64,000 bases of DNA from an uncultured Acetobacteraceae bacterium (lineage in GTDB: Bacteria; Pseudomonadota; Alphaproteobacteria; CACIAM-22H2), in the NCBI GenBank assembly GCA_964434345.1, contig CAYSUY010000001.1, positions 8,681 through 72,680 of the forward strand. The letters run 5' to 3'. The notes under the pieces are model-generated. The model was given only the letters and a program-made list of their open reading frames with translations, searched no databases and was not told the DNA's origin. Made by a program: the position numbers and the translations under genes. Shown here one piece after another: positions 35,910 through 44,662 of this stretch; within the stretch, counting starts at the first letter, position 1, and each line of letters starts with the position of its first letter.

Positions 35910-36278
35910 TCACGACCGGGAAAGTAACATGGCGGATATCCGGCGCATCTCTGCGATCGTCGCCGGCATGATCGCGGCGAGCGATTCGGCCTGCGCGAAG
36001 ATCGGCCCCGCGACCGCGGTTTCGACTTGCTGCGCGATCGCGGCGGCCCCTGTCGCGCCGAATTGCGACAGCAAGCCCTTGATCCGGTGCGCCTGGCGTC
36101 GAATCGCGTCGGCATCCTGGGTGGCGATGGCGGCGCGCATCGCGCCGAGCGACCCGTCGAGATCCGCGGTGAAGGTCGCGAAGGCGTCCGCGAATATGTC
36201 AGGTCCCATCAGATCGACCAGTTCCGCGAGTATCGCCTCGTCGGTCTCCAGTTCCCCGCCCGCGTCCTTTGTCTGCAT
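35910..36278 (-). CDS. stand-alone HPt (histidine phosphotransfer) protein
   Basis: 122 aa. RRQAHRIKGLLSQFGA is the H-x-x-K-G HPt motif. Lies 16 nt upstream of the REC-HPt-REC-kinase gene. Confidence 0.8.
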   Translation of the reverse strand: MQTKDAGGELETDEAILAELVDLMGPDIFADAFATFTADLDGSLGAMRAAIATQDADAIRRQAHRIKGLLSQFGATGAAAIAQQVETAVAGPIFAQAESLAAIMPATIAEMRRISAMLLSRS

Positions 36279-36344
36279 GGTCGCCCCGCCTTCTCGCTGA
36301 CTTCCGTTCGGGGCACGTTACCAAAGGGGCCACGGCCCGATTGA

Positions 36345-36386
36345 TAAGAAGTGTAAACGCCGACCGGTCCGGCTTTACGCTTCTTA
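36345..36386. promoter_or_regulatory. 42-bp AT-rich imperfect palindrome in the divergent hpt / REC-EAL intergenic region (candidate operator or leader hairpin)
   Basis: TAAGAAGTGTAAA (36345-36357) and TTTACGCTTCTTA (36374-36386) are 13-nt inverted arms with one mismatch (G.U-compatible). The GC-rich centre is itself near-palindromic. Lies 37 nt upstream of the ATG at 36424. Confidence 0.4.
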
Positions 36387-36423
36387 ATGGTGGCGAAGGC
36401 ATGCGCCGCGTTAGGTTGTCACC

Positions 36424-37677
36424 ATGACGAAGGTCAGCCTGAAGCCATCGGCCCGTCCGACCAAGCGGACGGTGCTGGTCGTCGACGACGAACCCGGCAT
36501 CGCCCAGATGATGGTCGAGGCGGCGGAGGATTTCGGCTTCGAGGCGCATGCCGTTCACGACTGGCGCTCGGCCGAGGCGGAGGCTGCGGATGCCGACGTG
36601 ATCCTGCTGGATCTCATGATGCCCGGGGTCGACGGCGTCGCCGCGTTGCGCGCCCTCGCCGCCGCCGGCGTCAAGTCCCGGATCGTGCTGGTGAGCGGCC
36701 TCGATCGCCGTGTCATCGATAGCGCCAGGCGGGTCGCGCGCATGCAGAATCTCGACGTCGTCGATGTGCTCCGCAAGCCTTTCCGGCCGATCGACCTGAT
36801 GGCGGTGCTGTCCGGACTTGCCGATCGTCCGCGCGAAACCGGACAGGTTTCCGTCCCACCAGCGAGTTCCGTGGTCAGCCTGGACGACATCCGTCGGGCC
36901 ATATCGGGCGGCGAATTCGTCCTCGATTTCCAGCCCCAGGTAAGACTGTCGGATCGCTGCTGGGTGGGGCTCGAGGCGCTGGTACGCTGGAACCACCCGC
37001 AGAGGGGCCGGCTGCGGCCCGACATGTTCATCCCCCTCGTAGAAAGATCCGACCTCGCGCTGCCCTTCACCTACGCGATGATCGGGCAATCCCTGGCGGC
37101 GCTGCGGACGATCTCCGAGCGTACCGGGTTTCGGGGGGGGCTCGCCGTGAACGTGCCGCCATCGGCGTTGACCACGACGGATTTTCCCGACCGTGTGCTG
37201 GCCCTCCTGGCCGAGGTCGACATCGAACCCTCGCGGCTGACGATCGAGATCACCGAAACCTCGATGTCCACCGATCCGACGCTCAGCCTCGACATCCAGA
37301 CCCGTCTGCGCATGCACGAGGTTCGGCTTTCGATCGACGATTTCGGCACTGGCCATTCGAGCCTGGAGCGCCTGCACGAGGCGCCGTTCGACGAGATGAA
37401 GATCGACATGGTCCTGATCCGCAACGCGGACCACGACGCCTCGCTGCGCAAGATCGCCGAGAGCGTGGTGGCGTTGGGGCGTAGCCTGTCGATGACGGTC
37501 GTCGCCGAAGGCGTCGAGTCGGCTGCGACCATGGACTGGCTGACATCCATCGGTTGCGATGTCGCCCAGGGCTATCTCGTCGGCATGCCGTTGAACCTGG
37601 ATGGCGTGTGCGACTGGGCTGCCGCCCGCGCGGCTGCCGATGTGGATGCGGCCGAAGACTTTCCCGCCGATCGATGA
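36424..37677 (+). CDS. response regulator with EAL domain (c-di-GMP phosphodiesterase type)
   Basis: REC: [26 protein letters not shown] domain: [31 protein letters not shown]. Confidence 0.9.
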   Translation: MTKVSLKPSARPTKRTVLVVDDEPGIAQMMVEAAEDFGFEAHAVHDWRSAEAEAADADVILLDLMMPGVDGVAALRALAAAGVKSRIVLVSGLDRRVIDSARRVARMQNLDVVDVLRKPFRPIDLMAVLSGLADRPRETGQVSVPPASSVVSLDDIRRAISGGEFVLDFQPQVRLSDRCWVGLEALVRWNHPQRGRLRPDMFIPLVERSDLALPFTYAMIGQSLAALRTISERTGFRGGLAVNVPPSALTTTDFPDRVLALLAEVDIEPSRLTIEITETSMSTDPTLSLDIQTRLRMHEVRLSIDDFGTGHSSLERLHEAPFDEMKIDMVLIRNADHDASLRKIAESVVALGRSLSMTVVAEGVESAATMDWLTSIGCDVAQGYLVGMPLNLDGVCDWAAARAAADVDAAEDFPADR

Positions 37678-37688
37678 AGGAGCAGACA

Positions 37689-39038
37689 ATGACCCAGGCC
37701 CGGACCTATCGAGACCTGCCGCGGCGTCGTTTTCTCGGCGCCGGCGGCGGCGCGGCCCTTGCCGCCGTCGCGCCGGGCGCCGGAGCGCAGACGCCCGCCG
37801 CGCCGCGTCGTGCGAAGCGTCTGCGGATCCTCAAGTCGAACCATTTCGTCCCCGCCTTCGACGAATGGTTCAACAACTCGTTCATCAAGGAATGGGGCGA
37901 CAGGAACGACACCGAGGTGCTGGTCACGAATGTCGGCATGACGAGCATCGAAGGCCGGGCCGAGATCGAGAGCCGTCGCGGATTCGGTCATGACATCTGC
38001 ATGTTCTTGAGCCCGCCCGCGTCGTACGAGGATTTCGTCATCGACCACCGGGATATCTACGCGGAGTGCGAACGCCGCTACGGCAAGCCTCTGGACATCG
38101 CCATCCGCAGCACCTTCAACCCGGTCACGGACAAGTTCTTCGGCTTCTCCGACGCCTATGTCCCCGACCCCGTGAACTACCGCAAGGACCTCTGGGACGA
38201 CGTCGGTGTCGCGCCCGGCAGCTGGGACAGCATATTGGAGGGTGGGCGCCGCATCCGCCGCAAGCATGGCATTACCGTCGGCATCGGCATGTCGAACGAA
38301 CTCGACAGCAGCATGGCTTTGCGATCCCTCCTGGTGGCGTTCGGCGCCGCCGAGCAGACCGCCGACAGTCGTCCCAATCTGCGGTCGCGCGAGGCTCTCG
38401 AGGCGCTGAAATTCGCCAAGGCCCTCTACACCGAGACGATGACCGACGAGATCTTCTCCTGGGACGCATCGTCGAACAACCGCCAGATGCTGGCGGGGAA
38501 GAGCTCCGTCACACTCAACGCGATCTCGATCACGCGCACCGGCGAGAGCGAGAAGATCCTTCTCGCCGACAAGATCTTCCTCGCGAAGCCGGCCGCGGGG
38601 CCGGCGGCGGCTTTGGGCGTGATCCATCTCATGAACGCCTATGTCGTCTGGAAATTCTCTCCGAACATCGACGGGGCGAAGCAGTTCCTGGTCGATCTCG
38701 TCGGACAGTCGCGGCGCGCCTTCGAGGCCAGCGGGTTCTACAATTTCCCGACCTATCCGCAGCTGGTGCCGGATCTCGTCGCGCAGATGGCCTATGACCG
38801 CAACGCCACGCCCGCCGACAAGTACGCGGTCCTCTCGGATGCCGCGACCTGGACCATCAATGTGGGCTATCCTGGGTACGCGAACGCGGCCATCGACGAG
38901 ATCTGGAAGACATGGCTGATCCCGAAGATGTTCGCGGACGCGGCCAGCGGGCGTCTGACCCCGGATGCCGCGCTCGACACCTACGCCGCGCAGATCGATA
39001 CGATCTACAGGAAGTGGCGTGAACTGAAGAAGGTATGA
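37689..39038 (+). CDS. periplasmic solute-binding protein (family 1) with Tat signal, no cognate permease nearby
   Basis: The ATG at 37689 is preceded by AAGGAG. N-terminus MTQARTYRDLPRRRFLGAGGGAALAAVAPGAGAQ. Body is SBP-like. Confidence 0.75.
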   Translation: MTQARTYRDLPRRRFLGAGGGAALAAVAPGAGAQTPAAPRRAKRLRILKSNHFVPAFDEWFNNSFIKEWGDRNDTEVLVTNVGMTSIEGRAEIESRRGFGHDICMFLSPPASYEDFVIDHRDIYAECERRYGKPLDIAIRSTFNPVTDKFFGFSDAYVPDPVNYRKDLWDDVGVAPGSWDSILEGGRRIRRKHGITVGIGMSNELDSSMALRSLLVAFGAAEQTADSRPNLRSREALEALKFAKALYTETMTDEIFSWDASSNNRQMLAGKSSVTLNAISITRTGESEKILLADKIFLAKPAAGPAAALGVIHLMNAYVVWKFSPNIDGAKQFLVDLVGQSRRAFEASGFYNFPTYPQLVPDLVAQMAYDRNATPADKYAVLSDAATWTINVGYPGYANAAIDEIWKTWLIPKMFADAASGRLTPDAALDTYAAQIDTIYRKWRELKKV

Positions 39039-40219
39039 CGATGATGTTCCGCGGTTGCGACGATGCGGTCCGGACGGCCCGCCGATACGGCGTGCTGGCC
39101 GCGTTGCTGTTCCTCGCCGTCTTCGTCTCGGCGACGCTCGGTTCCATGGAGCGGGCACGTGCGGATCATGCGGCTGCGACCTCGCACTCGAAGCGCCAAT
39201 GGCGGGTCTTCATCGTGAGCAGCTACGACCGCAGCTATATCTGGTCGCAGCAGACGCAGCGTGGCGTGAACGCCGCGATGCGCAAGCTCGGGTACCTCGC
39301 GAACGACGCCGAGGAGCGGGAACTCGATACCCGCGACGCGGTCGAGAATGCGCATGTCGTGATCCGGAAGGCGTGGATGGACACCAAGCGTCGCGACGGC
39401 AGGGCGGACATAGCCCGGGCGACGTCGCGGATCACCGCAGAGATCAAGGCGTTCAAGCCGGACATACTGATGCTCGGCGACGACAACGCCGCGAATTTCA
39501 TCGGCAACCAGTTCGTCGACACCGATCTGCCGATCGTGTTCTGGGGCATAAACGGCCTGCCGCTCAAATATGGGCTCATCCAGCGCATGGACGCGCCGGG
39601 ACGCAACGTCACCGGTGTCTGGCAGCCGGGCTACCACAAGGAAAGCCTCGACCTCCTGAAGAAACTCGTCCCGACGGCTCAGACGTTCGCGATCCTCGCC
39701 TGCGATTCGGAATCGACACGTCCGAACGTGAAACTGATCGAGGAACTGGCGGCGCGCGGGGCCTTGCCGCTGCGCCTGGTCGACAAGGTGATGACCAACT
39801 CCTACGCGACCTGGAAGGCGCGCGCGCTCGAATTCGCGGGCAAGGTCGACGCGCTCTACGTCCTCAATCATGACACGCTGCGCGACGACGACGGCAACCA
39901 TGTGAGCTATCTCGCCGCGGGGCGCTGGTATCTGGAGAACGTCAAGGTTCCCGAGGCGTCTCACGAGGACCAGTTCGTGCTCGAGGGCATGCTGCTGACC
40001 GCGAACGATTCGGGTTTCAACCAGGGTCACCTCGCCTTCGAGATGGCGCACGACATCCTGTCGCGCGGCCTGTCGCCCGCGCGCATGGCGGTCCGCACGC
40101 CCGAGCGCGGGCCGTACATGGTGAACCGGATGCGCGCCCGGGCGCTCGGCATCGATCTCGACGACGCGATCTATCTCATCGACGACCTGATCGACAGGTC
40201 CCTGGCGCTCGAGCAGTGA
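39035..40219 (+). CDS. ABC_sub_bind-type periplasmic binding protein (membrane-anchored or exported)
   Basis: KPDILMLGDDNAANF..DLPIVFWGINGLPLKYGLI..APGRNVTGV and KESLDLLKKLVPTAQTFAILA..GKVDALYVLNHDT match the family pattern. The ATG overlaps the previous stop (ATGA). Confidence 0.7.
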   Translation: MTMMFRGCDDAVRTARRYGVLAALLFLAVFVSATLGSMERARADHAAATSHSKRQWRVFIVSSYDRSYIWSQQTQRGVNAAMRKLGYLANDAEERELDTRDAVENAHVVIRKAWMDTKRRDGRADIARATSRITAEIKAFKPDILMLGDDNAANFIGNQFVDTDLPIVFWGINGLPLKYGLIQRMDAPGRNVTGVWQPGYHKESLDLLKKLVPTAQTFAILACDSESTRPNVKLIEELAARGALPLRLVDKVMTNSYATWKARALEFAGKVDALYVLNHDTLRDDDGNHVSYLAAGRWYLENVKVPEASHEDQFVLEGMLLTANDSGFNQGHLAFEMAHDILSRGLSPARMAVRTPERGPYMVNRMRARALGIDLDDAIYLIDDLIDRSLALEQ

Positions 40220-42783
40220 CGCGCGGGCGCCGGGGATTGGGGATCCGCGGGACGAGCCTCTTCAACAGGCTGTTTCTCGCCTTCGTCGCGTCCGGGATCA
40301 TCGTCGCGGCGCCGCTCATCCTGCTGTCCTATCGGGTCAACATGGCCGGTGCGCTGCTGCGTCTGGAGCAGACGGTCGGGCAGCAACTCTTCATCCTCGG
40401 CAAGAGCTTCGAGCAGGAATTCAGCCAAGGCCTCGTCCGTTCCCTGCTGGCGATCGAACACTCCGAGGCGCTTGCCGCCTACCATCTGTCCTCCGAGGAC
40501 GAGCGGTTGGTCACCCGCAAGGCGCTCGAAAACAGCCTCCTTCGCATGGAGGAGGAATACAGCATCTATTCGGGGATCTATTATCTCGATCGCGACGGGA
40601 ATTTCGTCAGCGGCGTCGAGAACGGACAGCGCAGCAGCCTCGCGCGGCGCGCCGGCGACGAGGGCACGCTGAACGTATTGTCGTCCTGGCGCAGGACGCC
40701 GTTCCGGGAACTGTTCCTCAAGGTGCGCACGACGCCGGTGCTGCTCTCTTCCGGCAACATGGAATGGTTCATGCCGCCGCGCGAGGTCTTCGTCGAGGGG
40801 CCTTTCTTCGACGAAGAGGGGCGCCTGTCCTTCCTCGCCGGGCGCGCGACAGTGGACCCCGACAGCGGCGGGTTCGGCGGCGTGGTCGTCATCCGCGCGA
40901 CGCTCGACGAGTTCCTCCGGCGCCTGCGCGAGGTGGTGATCTACGATCACCGCCCGATCAATATCGTCGACCAGTATGGCAACGCGCTGCTGCTCGGCGA
41001 CGACGGGAAGCCCCTGGCGGTCCCTCCCGCCGGTCTTCCGGTCGCCCGTTCGGCGGAAGTGCAACTCGACCGTACCGGCGATTCGCTCGTCGCGTGGCTC
41101 GACCTGTCGATCATTCCCAACCAGTTCTTCGCGCGGCTGACCTATCTCGTACCGGCGGCGCTGATCCAGCGCGACACCCGCCCCGATGTCTGGTTCCTGA
41201 TCGGGCCGCTCGGCGCCGCGATCCTGCTGGTCGGCGCGCTGGCCTTCGCGGTCTCGCGGCGGATTTCGATGCCGATCATCCGGCTCGCCCGGGCCAGCGC
41301 CGATGTCGCGCGTGGCGGCGCGCAGGGCGGAGTCGACGTCAAGGCGGATGGCGAGATCGGTGTCCTGATCGACAGCTTCAACGACATGTCCGCACAGCTC
41401 CAGGCGGCCCAGCTCAGTCGTGCGAGCGCGCTGTCCGTGCTGCGCGACACCGCGGCGCGTCTGAGCGGAGGACGCGACGGCGCTCCCTTCGCCGATACCG
41501 AGGCGTCCGGCACCGCGCAGGATCCAGCAGGCAGCGACGTCCGCGATCTCCGGCGCATCGAGCGGCTGCTGAAGCAACTGATCGCCGAGCGCGAGGAAAC
41601 CCTGCAGTCGCTCGAGGCCGCGAAGGAGACGGCGGACCGGGCGAACCTCGCCAAGGACGATTTCCTTGCCACGATGAGCCACGAGATCCGCACGCCGCTG
41701 AACGCGATCATCGGCATCGCGGACATCCTGCACGCCTCGAAGCTCGGCCCCGAGCAAGCCAATCTTCTGCGGACGATGCAGAGTTCGGGCAACCAGCTGA
41801 TGCGACTGATCAACGACGTGCTCGACTTCTCGCGCCTGCAGTCCGGACATGTCGAACTCGAGCCCACCGCCGTGGATCTCGAGCCCTTCCTCGATCGTCT
41901 GCTTCAGGTCATCACCGGCCTGCCCGGTGCCGATCGTCTGCGCATCGCCACGCATGTCGCGCCCGACGTTCCGCGTCGTCTGATGATCGACGAGGCGCGG
42001 CTGAACCAGATCCTCATCAACCTGATGGGAAACGCGGTGAAATTCACGCCATCGGGCGGCATCGACCTGCGGATCTCGATGGCTGCCGGTACGCCTGCGG
42101 CGCTGCGGTTCGCGGTGATCGACACGGGAACCGGGATCGCCCCGGCCTATCGCGAGCAGATCTTCGAGCCGTTCCGCCAGGGGCGCGCCGAGCGCCTGCG
42201 TCCCCATGCCGGCACCGGGCTCGGCCTCTCCATATGCCGGCGTCTCGCCCAGGCGATGGAGGGGCGGCTGGAACTCGAAACGACGGGCCCGTCGGGATCC
42301 TGCTTCGTCCTGACTCTGCCGCTTGCGGTCGCACCCGCGGCATCGGCCGTCGCGCCATCGACGGAAGGCGAGCAGGCGGAGGGGCAGCCCGGCCTCGACA
42401 TCCTGGTGGCGGAGGATACGCCGGCCAACCAGACCGTGATCCGCATCATGCTGAACAAGTTGGGGCATCGCGTCACGATGGTCGCGAACGGTCAGGAGGC
42501 CGTGGACCGCTTCGCCCAGGACCGGTTCGATCTCGTCTTCCTCGATATCCAGATGCCGGTGATGGATGGGTTCGAGGCCGCGACCCGCATCCGCGCGAGC
42601 GGCGACCGGGGGCGCACGGTGCCGCTGGTCGCGCTGACGGCGTTCAGCCAGGCCGCTGATCGTGAACGCGCCTATGAATGCGGTCTCGGCCAGTTCGTGT
42701 CGAAACCGGTGCGTATCGCGCAGATCGCGCAGGTCATCGCGGCGGCTCGCTCGGCCGACGGGCCGACCGCAATCAGGACGTGA
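40216..42783 (+). CDS. hybrid sensor histidine kinase (TM - periplasmic domain - TM - HAMP - HisKA - HATPase - REC)
   Basis: The GTG at 40216 overlaps the previous stop (GTGA). H-box MSHEIRTPLN, NLMGNAVKFT, DTGTGI, GTGLGLS. Receiver: ILVAEDTP..VFLDIQMPVMDG..SKP. Confidence 0.85.
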   Translation: MTRGRRGLGIRGTSLFNRLFLAFVASGIIVAAPLILLSYRVNMAGALLRLEQTVGQQLFILGKSFEQEFSQGLVRSLLAIEHSEALAAYHLSSEDERLVTRKALENSLLRMEEEYSIYSGIYYLDRDGNFVSGVENGQRSSLARRAGDEGTLNVLSSWRRTPFRELFLKVRTTPVLLSSGNMEWFMPPREVFVEGPFFDEEGRLSFLAGRATVDPDSGGFGGVVVIRATLDEFLRRLREVVIYDHRPINIVDQYGNALLLGDDGKPLAVPPAGLPVARSAEVQLDRTGDSLVAWLDLSIIPNQFFARLTYLVPAALIQRDTRPDVWFLIGPLGAAILLVGALAFAVSRRISMPIIRLARASADVARGGAQGGVDVKADGEIGVLIDSFNDMSAQLQAAQLSRASALSVLRDTAARLSGGRDGAPFADTEASGTAQDPAGSDVRDLRRIERLLKQLIAEREETLQSLEAAKETADRANLAKDDFLATMSHEIRTPLNAIIGIADILHASKLGPEQANLLRTMQSSGNQLMRLINDVLDFSRLQSGHVELEPTAVDLEPFLDRLLQVITGLPGADRLRIATHVAPDVPRRLMIDEARLNQILINLMGNAVKFTPSGGIDLRISMAAGTPAALRFAVIDTGTGIAPAYREQIFEPFRQGRAERLRPHAGTGLGLSICRRLAQAMEGRLELETTGPSGSCFVLTLPLAVAPAASAVAPSTEGEQAEGQPGLDILVAEDTPANQTVIRIMLNKLGHRVTMVANGQEAVDRFAQDRFDLVFLDIQMPVMDGFEAATRIRASGDRGRTVPLVALTAFSQAADRERAYECGLGQFVSKPVRIAQIAQVIAAARSADGPTAIRT

Positions 42784-43825
42784 TCGCCGCGAACGGGGTC
42801 GCAACCGGGATCGCCGGAGGCCGGTCGAGCCAGGCTGGCACGGGAAGACCGCGCGCGCGCAGGAACCCCGGATCGAACAGCTTCGAGGCGTAGCGCGCGC
42901 CGCCATCGCAGAGGATGGTCACGATAGTGTGGCCGGGGCCGAGTGCGCGCGCCAGCGCCATCGCGCCCGCGACGTTGATGCCGGAGGATGCTCCGACGAA
43001 CAGCCCCTCCTCGGCGAGGAGATCGAAGACGATGCGCACGGCCTCGTCGTCCGCGATCCGGAAGGAATGATCGACGCGGAGCCCTTCCAGGTTGCGCGTG
43101 ATGCGGCCCTGACCGATGCCCTCGGTGATCGACGACCCCTCGGATTTCAGGACGCCGGTCGTGTAGTAGCTGTGCAGCGCCGCGCCATGCGGATCGGCAA
43201 GCGCGATCTTCACGCCGGGCTTCAGGCGCCGGAGCCCGATCGCGGTGCCCGCGAGGGTGCCGCCGGATCCGACCGCGCACACGAAGCCATCCACCTTGCC
43301 GCCGGTCTGCCGGAAGATCTCCGGCGCGGTGGTCAGGACATGCGCCTCGCGATTGGCGACGTTGTCGAACTGGTTGGCCCAGAGCGCGCCGGCAGGATCG
43401 ACTTGTCCTATGGCCTCGGCGAGACGCTGCGACACCTTCACGTAGTTGTCCGGATTGGCGAAGGGGACCGCCGGCACGAGCCGCAATTCGGCGCCGATAA
43501 GGCGGAGGAAGTCCTTCTTTTCCTGGCTCTGCGTGTCGGGCATCACGATGACGCTGCGATAGCCGCGTGCATTGGCGACCAGGGCAAGGCCGATTCCCGT
43601 GTTCCCGGCCGTTCCCTCGACGATGACGCCACCGGGCTTGAGAAGGCCCTTTGCCTCTGCGTCCAGGACCATCTGCAGGGCAGGGCGGTCCTTCACCGAG
43701 CCGCCGGGGTTGAGGAACTCGGCCTTGCCGAGGATCTCGCAGCCGGTCTGCGCGCTGGCCCGGCGCAGACGGATCAGGGGCGTGTTGCCGATGGTGCCGG
43801 CGAAGCCATCACGGATCTCGGTCAC
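42773..43825 (-). CDS. cysteine synthase / cystathionine beta-synthase-family PLP enzyme
   Basis: GNTPLIRL, NPGGSVKDR (PLP Lys), GTAGNTGIGLA, AVGSGGTLAG. 350 aa. The 3' end overlaps the convergent kinase gene by 11 nt. Confidence 0.85.
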   Translation of the reverse strand: MTEIRDGFAGTIGNTPLIRLRRASAQTGCEILGKAEFLNPGGSVKDRPALQMVLDAEAKGLLKPGGVIVEGTAGNTGIGLALVANARGYRSVIVMPDTQSQEKKDFLRLIGAELRLVPAVPFANPDNYVKVSQRLAEAIGQVDPAGALWANQFDNVANREAHVLTTAPEIFRQTGGKVDGFVCAVGSGGTLAGTAIGLRRLKPGVKIALADPHGAALHSYYTTGVLKSEGSSITEGIGQGRITRNLEGLRVDHSFRIADDEAVRIVFDLLAEEGLFVGASSGINVAGAMALARALGPGHTIVTILCDGGARYASKLFDPGFLRARGLPVPAWLDRPPAIPVATPFAAITS

Positions 43826-43866
43826 TGACGTTGCTCCTCATGCATCGACGGCGGCTGACAGGGGCG

Positions 43867-44529
43867 TCAGCCCGCCCGGGCATAGCCGAGGCTGACGAGG
43901 CCGATGGCGCGCATGACGGCGGCCTGGGCCGGGTCGACGACCGGAAGGCCAAGGCGGCGCTCGATCTCGGGTCGATAGCCGCCCATGCTGGCGCAGCCGA
44001 GGATCAGCACGTCGGCGCCGTCGCGGTCGCGCAGCTCGGTTCCGACCTCGACGATGCGATCGATCACCCTTGGGCCGTCGAGCAACGCGGTAACGCCGAT
44101 CTCGAGGGGCCGGTCGCCCGCGAGCAGGCTTTCGAGCCCCAACTGGCGAACCGCCCGGATATGGCGCGGGATCGAGCCGCGCTTGATCGCCACGATCCCG
44201 AATTTCCGTCCGAGGCCGATCGCGGCGAGATAGGCGGATTCCCCGATCCCGACCACCGGCTGGCGGACGCGCTCGCGCGCGAGGTGGAGCCCCGGGTCGG
44301 AGAAGCAGCCGATGACATAGGCGTCGGCCGGATGGCTCTCGAAATAGCGCGCGGTCGGCAGGACGACGCTTTCCACATGCTCCTGGGTCTCGATACCGGG
44401 CGGCCCCTCGGCCAGGGTGGCGCAGACCACCTCGGGGCCACCGGGCAGGCGTGTCGGCGCGAGCGCCGCATCCATGGAGGCCGTGACGCTTGCCGAACTG
44501 TTGGGGTTGAGGACCAGGATACGCGACAT
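43867..44529 (-). CDS. Asp/Glu/hydantoin racemase family protein
   Basis: 220 aa. ILVLNPNSS, with two catalytic-type cysteines in IGCFSDPG and LGCASMG. Confidence 0.8.
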   Translation of the reverse strand: MSRILVLNPNSSASVTASMDAALAPTRLPGGPEVVCATLAEGPPGIETQEHVESVVLPTARYFESHPADAYVIGCFSDPGLHLARERVRQPVVGIGESAYLAAIGLGRKFGIVAIKRGSIPRHIRAVRQLGLESLLAGDRPLEIGVTALLDGPRVIDRIVEVGTELRDRDGADVLILGCASMGGYRPEIERRLGLPVVDPAQAAVMRAIGLVSLGYARAG

Positions 44530-44662
44530 CGGTGCAACTCCACATCTCGTGCCGGCGCGATGTTGTCAGTGCGCCGGGACTGACGCAAGGCGGGCGGGCA
44601 GGTCATCGGCCGCGCCGGGACGCAGCGTGTGCCGTGCCGGGTCGCGCGCGTATACTGCCGCC

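Noticed and set aside
33449-35971. 840-aa + strand ORF opposite the REC-HPt-REC-kinase gene. The same reasoning covers 30511..32235 (-), 26041..27621 (-) and 16900..19710 (-).
   Set aside because: All are antisense to genes with strong motif support, and all have low-complexity Arg/Asp/Gly/Pro-rich translations.
40171-42906. 911-aa minus-strand ORF opposite the hybrid kinase at 40216..42783
   Set aside because: Antisense shadow frame with no motifs. The + strand has complete HisKA, HATPase and REC motifs.
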